Positions 25,322-32,556 of a DNA stretch of 32,556 nt are shown here, piece by piece. Below the pieces are notes generated by a model. It did not search any database, was not told the origin of the DNA, and saw nothing but the letters and a program-made list of their open reading frames with translations. This DNA comes from a virus (taxonomy: Duplodnaviria; Caudoviricetes): IMG/VR virus record IMGVR_UViG_3300009026_000035, positions 1 to 32,556 of that record; one strand, written 5' to 3'. A program made the translations under genes and the position numbers. Every line of letters begins with the position of its first letter. The first letter of the stretch is position 1.

Positions 25322-25349
25322 TTGACATATACAAAAAAATACCTATGTG
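25322..25349 (+). promoter_or_regulatory. Putative promoter of the packaging operon, TTGACA-N16-TATGTG
   Basis: GGGGTTGACATATACAAAAAAATACCTATGTG upstream of the terminase genes. Confidence 0.5.
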
Positions 25350-25467
25350 GTATAGCACGGCAAGCGTCATGCTCACACCTCCCCGAATATATTTCATGAG
25401 TGAGACGCAGAGTATCTGACCTTGCCCTCCCCATTATAACTTATGACAAACATAAGGAACTAACGTA

Positions 25468-25563
25468 ATGTCTGACAAACAAGATGCTGTTGCCAACTTA
25501 GGTACAACTAAGAAAGATGCTGTTGTAGACCTAACCATTGGTGCTAAAGCTACTGCAAAATGA
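25468..25563 (+). CDS. 31-aa peptide coupled to TerS (not in ORF track)
   Basis: AAGGA RBS; MSDKQDAVANLGTTKKDAVVDLTIGAKATAK; ATGA overlap with TerS. Confidence 0.55.
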   Translation: MSDKQDAVANLGTTKKDAVVDLTIGAKATAK

Positions 25564-25976
25564 CATACCCTAAGAATCAAGTACTCCCTTATAGTGTGCC
25601 TATTGCCAAGTATGTTCGGCAAGCGGTTCAAGATGGTGTGAGCATTAAGGATATTATGGCTACTGTAGCTAAGAAGTATCAGAATGCTCCGGGATCTCAT
25701 GGTACATTCTATAAGTTGTACGGTAATGATATAGCTGAAGCTAGAGCAGAGATTGTCTCTAAGGTTGGTAATGTAGTCGTACAACAAGCTATGGAAGGAC
25801 ACTTTGCTTCACAAGAGTTATTCTTGCGTAGTAAGGGTGGTTGGAGCCCTCAGAGCACAGTTAATGACCCCGACGAGTATACTGACCCTGATCAAGACTC
25901 AAGTGCTATTGATGCCCTCATGACTTTGTTGGGCAAGGATACAGATGCAAACCCTGACACAGAAGACGCAGCGTAA
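25560..25976 (+). CDS. Terminase small subunit (putative)
   Basis: Immediately upstream of TerL; HTH-like N-terminus, A..G...SQELFL..KGGW motif. Confidence 0.7.
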   Translation: MTYPKNQVLPYSVPIAKYVRQAVQDGVSIKDIMATVAKKYQNAPGSHGTFYKLYGNDIAEARAEIVSKVGNVVVQQAMEGHFASQELFLRSKGGWSPQSTVNDPDEYTDPDQDSSAIDALMTLLGKDTDANPDTEDAA

Positions 25977-27318
25977 GCTTACAGCAGAATCTCTAAGAGC
26001 TTTATCTGATGGTGAGGTACAAGAGGCACTTAAGCAGCTAACACCTGAACAAGCACAAGAGCTACAACATGATTGGAGCTTTTGGGCTAGAACAGATCAA
26101 CTAGAACCGAGCGGTAAATGGAATACTTGGGTAGCCCTAGCAGGACGAGGTTGGGGTAAAACAAGAGCAGGAGCTGAGTGGGTCAGGCATAGAATCAAGA
26201 TGGGCGATAGGATCGTTCATTGTGTTGCCCCCACTAAAGGAGACGTTCGTAGAGTTATGGTCGAGGGGGACTCAGGTCTCCTTAATGTATGCCACAAGAG
26301 CGACAAGACCTACCGTAAGGCTGACATGGGTTATCCTGTGTGGTCTCCTACTAATAACAGCATGACTTGGGCTAATGGTGCCAAGGCTGTCTTTTTCTCA
26401 GCAGAAGACCCAGAGAGACTCAGGGGTCCACAGGCTTACAGTGCATGGTGTGACGAGTTATGTGCTTGGAGAAATGCACAAGACACATGGGACATGATGC
26501 AGTTTGGGTTACGTTTAGGTAAACGACCCATAGTTTTTGTTACTACTACACCTAAGACTACTAAGTTACTAAGAAGTATCCTAGATGACGAGAAGACTCA
26601 TGTCTCGACTGGATCAACTTTTGATAATAGTGCTAATCTTGCTGATACTTTTCTTACAGCAGTAAAGAAGACCTACGAGGGTACTAGACTAGGTAGACAA
26701 GAGTTATACGCAGAGATACTAGATGAAGCCTCTGGTGCCCTGTGGAACCGTAAGTTACTAGCTGAGTGTGAGGTAGACAAAGATGACGTCCCCCAACTTA
26801 ACCGAATTGTTGTAGCCATAGACCCTGCTATTAGTAATAACACTGACTCTGATATGACTGGTATCATAGTAGCTGGTGTTGACGTAAACGGTACAGCTTA
26901 TGTCTTAGAGGACCACACAGGAAACTATAGTCCTCAAGCTTGGGCATCTAAGGCTGTTGAGTTATACAGAGAGCACATGGCTGATAGGATCGTTGCCGAG
27001 AAGAATCAGGGCGGCGACATGGTAAGACACACATTACACACAGAAGATGAAACCCTACCCATACGCCTCGTTCATGCGAGTAGAGGCAAGATGGCTAGGG
27101 CTGAACCTGTATCTGCACTATACGAGCAAGGCAGAGTTAAACACGTCAGAGGGCTTAACGACTTGGAGGATCAGATGGTTCAATGGGAACCTCTTGGGTC
27201 TTTAGGGTCGCCAGATAGATTAGATGCCTGTGTATGGGCCATCACCGACCTTAGTCTTAATGGGTACGCAAAGCCACAACTTAAACTAGCATATTCTAGT
27301 GCTAAGGGACTCCTATAA
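25945..27318 (+). CDS. terL: Terminase large subunit
   Basis: Walker A GRGWGKT, LRGP...WCDE Walker B, TTTP, nuclease motifs AIDP and PDRLDA. Confidence 0.95.
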   Translation: MQTLTQKTQRKLTAESLRALSDGEVQEALKQLTPEQAQELQHDWSFWARTDQLEPSGKWNTWVALAGRGWGKTRAGAEWVRHRIKMGDRIVHCVAPTKGDVRRVMVEGDSGLLNVCHKSDKTYRKADMGYPVWSPTNNSMTWANGAKAVFFSAEDPERLRGPQAYSAWCDELCAWRNAQDTWDMMQFGLRLGKRPIVFVTTTPKTTKLLRSILDDEKTHVSTGSTFDNSANLADTFLTAVKKTYEGTRLGRQELYAEILDEASGALWNRKLLAECEVDKDDVPQLNRIVVAIDPAISNNTDSDMTGIIVAGVDVNGTAYVLEDHTGNYSPQAWASKAVELYREHMADRIVAEKNQGGDMVRHTLHTEDETLPIRLVHASRGKMARAEPVSALYEQGRVKHVRGLNDLEDQMVQWEPLGSLGSPDRLDACVWAITDLSLNGYAKPQLKLAYSSAKGLL

Positions 27319-28685
27319 TGCCCAGAAGATTGAGTAAAACTAAAGCGACCCAAACACTAGGGGTCAGTGGACAGAACGTCCGTAATGGTCAGATAAGGTC
27401 TGATGAATTTATTCCTGAGTTACGTGGCAAGGCTGCTATCCGTAAATATAGGGAAATGAGAGATAATGACAGTACTATTGGCGCAGTTATGTATGCTGCT
27501 GAACAAGTACTTAGAGACGTCAAACTCAAGGTTGAACCAGCTAATGACACTGAGGAAGCTAAGAATGAAGCTCTATTTGTGGAAAGTGTCTTTGATGACA
27601 TGGAACATTCGCTTGATGACCATGTTGCGGAAGCGTTATCAAGCCTGTCGTATGGCTTTGCTTGGTTTGAGGTTGTCTATAAGCGCCGTGTTGGGCCTAC
27701 TAAACAGTCGTATAAGAAGTATAGTAAGTATACTGACGGGCGCATGGGTGTCCGTAAAATTGTTTGTCGTGCGCCTTGGACAGTCTCTAGGTTTGATGTA
27801 GACACCAAGACAGGCGAAGTACTGGGGCTTTATCAGGATACAGGTTATGCACTTTCTCAACACTACATCCCAGCTAACAAAAGCCTCTATTATAGAACTA
27901 CTTCTATTAACGGTGATCCCAGCGGTCGTAGTATTCTACGCAATGCTTACACATCGTACCAATACTTAAACAACCTACAATCCATAGAAGCCATAGCAGT
28001 AGAACGTGAGTTAGCAGGTATCCCTGTAGCTCGTATCCCTTCTGAGTATCTCTCTGGGGATGCTACATCTGCACAGACAGGTTTTGTTGCCAATCTTGAG
28101 CAAATCTTACGTGATGTAAAGTTCAACGAACAAGGCTACATTATCACCCCCAGTGATACCTATCCTGATAAGGATGGTAGTCCTACTAATGTACGTCTAG
28201 TAGATGTAGAGTTAATGTCCAGTTCAGGAACTCGTAACCTAGATATTGACCCTATTGTAAGACGTTACCAACATGACATTGCCCGTAGTGTACTTTCTGA
28301 GTTTCTTATGCTCGGTGGGGGTAACAATGGATCATACGCCTTATCTAAAAGTAAGACTGATCTGTTTCTACGTGCCTTAGAAAGCTACATCCAAGCTATT
28401 GTAGATGTACTTAACAAGCAACTGGTGGAACGCCTATGGCAGCTTAACGGACTTAACTATGACCTGATGCCCTGTATTAAGGCAGGTGATGTTGCTCCAC
28501 ATGATCTACGTGAGATTGCAGGGTTCCTTCGTAACCTTAACGGCGCAGACATTAACGTCAGTGATCATCCAGAGGTCATACAAGACCTCATGGCTATTGC
28601 TGAACTAAACTATGACCCAGACCTAGAGGTCGAAACTGAAACAAATGATCTGCCCGAGGAGGCAGAGGAAGACAAGGAATTATAA
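27318..28685 (+). CDS. Portal protein (DUF935/Mu gp29-like)
   Basis: Follows TerL; Y..M..D, YGF...E.VY, P.G.S.LR.AY, ER...G.P, GSYAL motifs. Confidence 0.85.
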   Translation: MPRRLSKTKATQTLGVSGQNVRNGQIRSDEFIPELRGKAAIRKYREMRDNDSTIGAVMYAAEQVLRDVKLKVEPANDTEEAKNEALFVESVFDDMEHSLDDHVAEALSSLSYGFAWFEVVYKRRVGPTKQSYKKYSKYTDGRMGVRKIVCRAPWTVSRFDVDTKTGEVLGLYQDTGYALSQHYIPANKSLYYRTTSINGDPSGRSILRNAYTSYQYLNNLQSIEAIAVERELAGIPVARIPSEYLSGDATSAQTGFVANLEQILRDVKFNEQGYIITPSDTYPDKDGSPTNVRLVDVELMSSSGTRNLDIDPIVRRYQHDIARSVLSEFLMLGGGNNGSYALSKSKTDLFLRALESYIQAIVDVLNKQLVERLWQLNGLNYDLMPCIKAGDVAPHDLREIAGFLRNLNGADINVSDHPEVIQDLMAIAELNYDPDLEVETETNDLPEEAEEDKEL

Positions 28686-28686
28686 C

Positions 28687-29166
28687 ATGGCAGGAACTAT
28701 TACAACGGCCCTGAGTGACCAGTTTAAACTACAGTTGCTTAAAGGTGCTCATGATTTTGACAACTCTATGAGGGTCATTCTCTTAAAAGAAGAAGAAAAC
28801 CTTACTCAAAACTACGATGCCACCACCGCTGATATTTCTACGGTAGGTGCTGACGAGGTGTCTGATACTAACTATAATGCAACATACTCCCTTAACGCAG
28901 GTAATAATGGTGCAGAAGCAACTGTAGCTTCAGGTTTTCCTCAGATAGCAACAGGTACTACAACTGCTGTTATGGATTTTAATGATGTTACCTTTAGTAA
29001 CGTAACAGTAGCTTCTGATGGTTGTATCCTTTACAATCATAATAACGTAGGTAATGAAGTTATTGCTGTATTTTCCTTCGGAGGAACAGTCAGTTCTACA
29101 AGTGGTGACTTTACTATCCAGTTCCCAGCTCCGGGAGCTACCACAAGTATTCTCCGCATAGCTTAA
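28687..29166 (+). CDS. Virion structural protein (FK..LL.G.HDF family)
   Basis: AAGGA RBS before MAGTIT; DF.DVTF, GC.LYN, FGG..SST.GDFTIQFP motifs. Confidence 0.65.
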   Translation: MAGTITTALSDQFKLQLLKGAHDFDNSMRVILLKEEENLTQNYDATTADISTVGADEVSDTNYNATYSLNAGNNGAEATVASGFPQIATGTTTAVMDFNDVTFSNVTVASDGCILYNHNNVGNEVIAVFSFGGTVSSTSGDFTIQFPAPGATTSILRIA

Positions 29167-29182
29167 TCTAAGGTAATACCTA

Positions 29183-30772
29183 ATGGTAAAATTCATAGAC
29201 AGAACAAAGATGACCCTCACGGGTGCAGCAGGTACAGGTAACTTAACCTTCGGGTCTGCTGTATCGGGGTTTCAGGGATTAACTGAAGCTTCTGTTGTTG
29301 ATGGAGATATTGTTAGGTATACCATAGAAGACGGCACATCATATGAATCGGGCACTGGTACTATAGGACTGTCTGGTGGAACCTACACTATGGCTAGGGC
29401 TCCTACATCTTCTACCCTTGCTAATAACGGGGCAATAACTGTTGGAGCCGCTGGTGTAGTAATATTCACTATGTTAGCTCAGGACGTAGTACAGTACCTA
29501 GCTGATATAACTAATGTAGACAGTACTACCCCTGCACACGGACAAGCCTTAACTTTTGTATCTAGCTCTAATAGCTGGGCGCCTGTGTCCCCTTCTGGGG
29601 GAATCACTATGGTTGCCAACTTTGCAGCTATGCCAACCAGTCCTAGTGCTACCGACCTAGTTTGGACTCAAGATACTAAAGCTCTTTACATTTGGGATGG
29701 TCTGGAATGGGACAGGGTTAGTACTGGTAATCAGTTAGCTCCGAGGTTTACTACAGTTCCAGCATCCTTACATAATCTTAGCCAGAGTGGGGCAAACACT
29801 GCTATTACTGCTGTTGCTGTAGACGATGCAGGTTTTCCTATTACATATGATTGGGATGCCTTTGACGACCTAGGTAACGTGTACAAAACTGGTTCCCTTC
29901 CAGATATGCTTACCGCTGTAAGTAATGTTGCTGGTGCGTTTACTTTTACCCCCTCTACAAACATTGCTCACTCAGGTAACATCACCTTTAGAACAAAAGC
30001 ATCTGATGGTGTAGAGACCGCTGTTAGTCTTACTACGGTTAAACTTATCTTTACTGACTACGTACCTGTACCAGCAATGGTCAGAAACTATGCCAGCCGA
30101 ACCGAACAGTTTGCCAGTAGTACAGGGTACGTACACATTGTATCTACAAGGTCTACTACCAACTATGGGGCAGCTTACCAAGGGCCATTAAAAGATGGTA
30201 AGTTTTATACAGAGTATAAGATACTTACTGGGTCCAGTTTTAATTTTGCTTGGCATGGTGTTGCTGTAGGTTGTTATGATAGGCTTCTTCAAGCAGTAAC
30301 TAATTCATCGCCATCTTGGACTTACATTGGCACTAGCTCAAGTGGTGATACTTACTCGGCATTCTACTTTAATTATGGTGGTACGGGGCTGCAAACCAGT
30401 GTTGGTAATGCCAAGAGTTATGCTTTTACAGGGTTAAGTAACGGTCAATATCCGACTCTAAATGGAAACGGTAGCATAACAAGTAATACTGATGATATAA
30501 TTATGATTGCGTGGGACACACCTAACAAACGAGTATGGTGGGGCTTGAATGGCACTTGGACACACACCACTGGTGATCCTAGCACTGCCGGTACAGGTAT
30601 CTATCTAGCAGACGTTGGCTTAGTTGGGCAAACAGGAACCACTTCAGAAACAGAATCTTTTTCTTTAGCCTTTTTTGGCGCAAGCGGCTACCACACCGTA
30701 AAGGCGCAGATATACGCAGGGGAAGCTAACGCACTAACTTACTCAATACCTACAGGGTTTGGCAGACAGTAG
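29183..30772 (+). CDS. Fibre-like structural protein with C-terminal SPRY/ConA-like domain
   Basis: N-terminal DR.K......GTG..T.G.A..GFQ and E.G.GT motifs; C-terminal DIIMIAWD..N..VWWG.NGTW and Y..PTGF. Confidence 0.65.
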   Translation: MVKFIDRTKMTLTGAAGTGNLTFGSAVSGFQGLTEASVVDGDIVRYTIEDGTSYESGTGTIGLSGGTYTMARAPTSSTLANNGAITVGAAGVVIFTMLAQDVVQYLADITNVDSTTPAHGQALTFVSSSNSWAPVSPSGGITMVANFAAMPTSPSATDLVWTQDTKALYIWDGLEWDRVSTGNQLAPRFTTVPASLHNLSQSGANTAITAVAVDDAGFPITYDWDAFDDLGNVYKTGSLPDMLTAVSNVAGAFTFTPSTNIAHSGNITFRTKASDGVETAVSLTTVKLIFTDYVPVPAMVRNYASRTEQFASSTGYVHIVSTRSTTNYGAAYQGPLKDGKFYTEYKILTGSSFNFAWHGVAVGCYDRLLQAVTNSSPSWTYIGTSSSGDTYSAFYFNYGGTGLQTSVGNAKSYAFTGLSNGQYPTLNGNGSITSNTDDIIMIAWDTPNKRVWWGLNGTWTHTTGDPSTAGTGIYLADVGLVGQTGTTSETESFSLAFFGASGYHTVKAQIYAGEANALTYSIPTGFGRQ

Positions 30773-32556
30773 ATGCTAGGCTTTGCCCCCATAGCAGCTA
30801 CCACATTAGGTGGCGCAGGTACTCAGAGGGAGGTAGTCCCAGTTGGTATTACTGGGGTTCAAGCATCTTGTCCAGAGCCAGCTTCTACACCTAACTCAAC
30901 TGTAATCCCTAAAGCAGTTGCTGTCATATCTACGGATGCAGTAAGGGCACATAATACTACTGTATGGCATGTAGATAATGAAGTTGGCAGCACAAAGTTT
31001 GTTGACAGTATTACTCAAGGTCGTAATTACTTCGACAAGAACCTTATTCTTGGTAATAGGCAGCAAATAGGGTTCAATGCCGATGGTGGTGACCCCCTCA
31101 CCGGACCTGTCTGGGATGACGCATTAGTTACTTACGGTACGGCTGAAGGTCTGTCTATGCAGACCCAGTTGAACGGGGAAATTAATGGTCAGATAGTTTA
31201 CCAAGATGCCTTTGCACCCTTAACTAACGGTACATACACTTACCCCGCCACTACAACCCCCGGTGGTGTATATCCTCAGACTCCCCACCTTTTCCACCTA
31301 ACCCCTGCTGAAGATATTGCTGATGTTGGCGGTATTAACACCGCTACAGTTACTACACTAGCTGACCCTAGTTTTGAGTTAAGTGTTTCTACTTATGAGA
31401 ACATCCCTGTTAATGGCAAAGACGGTGACTACAGTGTAGTCGTAGGCCAGTTCCAGATTATTAACACCTTTGATGAAACTAATTCTATCAGAGGTACAAC
31501 TTATTTTGACCCCTTAGTGACAGCTCAGGCTGGGGATGAAACCACAGACCCTGCTAGACCCTTAGAAATGGCAGGGGAAAATAAGTCAAGAACCTTATTC
31601 CATCTACTACCAGACTCCGAAAAGGGTCTACAGATAAATGAGACCCCTGAGTCAGTACAGGTCCAGACTATCGGTACAGACAGGTACGGGGAAGGGTCTA
31701 CTGGCTTATATCACTTCGGTGCAGCTTATATCTTTTATGGTATTAGGTTACAGCCAGAGATAACAGACGCCAACTTTCCTAACGGAGACCCTGTACCCCA
31801 AGAGCACTCCCTACTTAATACTGTAGGTCTGGGGGCTATAACCACAGAGGTTGTTCAACCTGTTGTAGGCTTTGAGTCAACGGCTGCTGTACCTTCGGGG
31901 CATATCCAGACAAAAGTCTTGGTTAGGGCCTATAAGGAACTTACACCTCCTCCTATTAACGTAGATATACCCGAATCACTGCAAGACCTGACACCCTTCC
32001 CTGTAGGTTTTGATATGACTGTAGGATCGTTTGATCCTCAGTGGTACTTAAACCCCCCTGTCAAACTACATGCCCAAGATCGTCAATACGCAGACAGTGT
32101 AGTCTACCCGTACCCTACAGGACTTTCAGAGGCAGGAACTAGCACCACTACCTTTAATATGGTAGCCAGTGTCTCAGAGTTACTGGGTCCAAAAGTTGCA
32201 TTAGTACCTATCTACAAGGAGCTTACAACCCTCCCTGACGGGGGTATCCTACAGAATGGTGCAGCAGGGGGTGCAGGGGATAACGTCCTTCTACAAGACG
32301 GTAATAAGTTCTCCCTTAACTTCCCCTTCGGTTCTACTGGCTTTGAAGCAACTACTGGCTCAGACCCCGTAACCACTCAGAGTTTTAATACTATCCCTTG
32401 GGACGCAACTCAGTATCAGAGTGAGTTAATCCTACAGGAAAGCTTCTCAGACCTTACAGCTAACCCTACGGAGATAGTCTACAGTAACGACAGTCAAGAG
32501 GCTACAGTCTCTTTAAACAGTAGCTTAACTTTTGAAACTTTTGCTAATGCTGTTTG
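30773..32556 (+). CDS. Large acidic beta-rich structural protein, 3'-truncated (not in ORF track)
   Basis: ATG directly follows the previous TAG; begins MLGFAPIAATTLGG. The frame is open at the start and at the window end (...SLTFETFANAV); the middle was not translated in full. Confidence 0.7.
   Translation, partial: MLGFAPIAATTLGGAGTQREVVPVGITGVQASCPEPASTPNSTVIPKAVAVISTDAVRAHNTTVWHVDNEVGSTKFVDSITQGRNYFDKNLILGNRQQIGFNADGGDPLTGPVWDDALVTYGTAEGLSMQTQLNGEINGQIVYQDAFAPLTNGTYTYPATTTPGGVYPQTPHLFHLTPAEDIADVGGINTATVTTLADPSFELSVSTYENIPVNGKDGDYSVVVGQFQIINTFDETNSIRGTTYFDPLVTAQAGDETTDPARPLEMAGENKSRTLFHLLPDSEKGLQINETPESVQVQTIGTDRYGEGSTGLYHFGAAYIFYGIRLQPEITDANFPNGDPVPQEHSLLNTVGLGAITTEVVQPVVGFESTAAVPSGHIQTKVLVRAYKELTPPPINVDIPESLQDLTPFPVGFDMTVGSFDPQWYLNPPVKLHAQDRQYADSVVYPYPTGLSEAGTSTTTFNMVASVSELLGPKVALVPIYKELTTLPDGGILQNGAAGGAGDNVLLQDGNKFSLNFPFGSTGFEATTGSDPVTTQSFNTIPWDATQYQSELILQESFSDLTANPTEIVYSNDSQEATVSLNSSLTFETFANAV

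Noticed and set aside
28645-28686. Longer N-terminus given in the ORF track for the post-portal gene
   Set aside because: It overlaps the portal gene; the RBS and family-like start favour ATG at 28687.

Overview
This window is part of a tailed dsDNA phage genome. The host is probably an alphaproteobacterium, possibly marine Rhodobacteraceae; this is inferred from gene families and regulatory motifs only. From 1-7.5 kb (+) are siphovirus-type tail tip, fibre and lysis genes ending in a bidirectional terminator. From 7.5-19.3 kb (-) is a T7-like replication and nucleotide module: primase-helicase, family A DNA polymerase, SSB, 5'-3' exonuclease, Holliday junction resolvase, endonuclease VII, class II B12-dependent RNR, ThyX, MazG-like pyrophosphatase and a gp1.7-like protein. 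From 19.3-24.9 kb is an unusual early/control region. It holds a two-gene cassette (528-aa SCM/PYLD protein with Zn ribbons plus an M28/M20-like peptidase) bracketed by two five-copy arrays of a TTCCCAYG(G)TAGGG-type box. It also has a phased hexamer tract, strong CTCAGA enrichment, and a 47-bp-period array carrying three palindromes that match the Irr iron-control element. From 25-32.5 kb (+) are TerS, TerL, portal and a three-gene fibre-like module running off the window. No integrase, RNA polymerase, tRNA or CRISPR array was seen. All homology calls come from motif recognition and gene context, not database searches, and all counts were made by eye.
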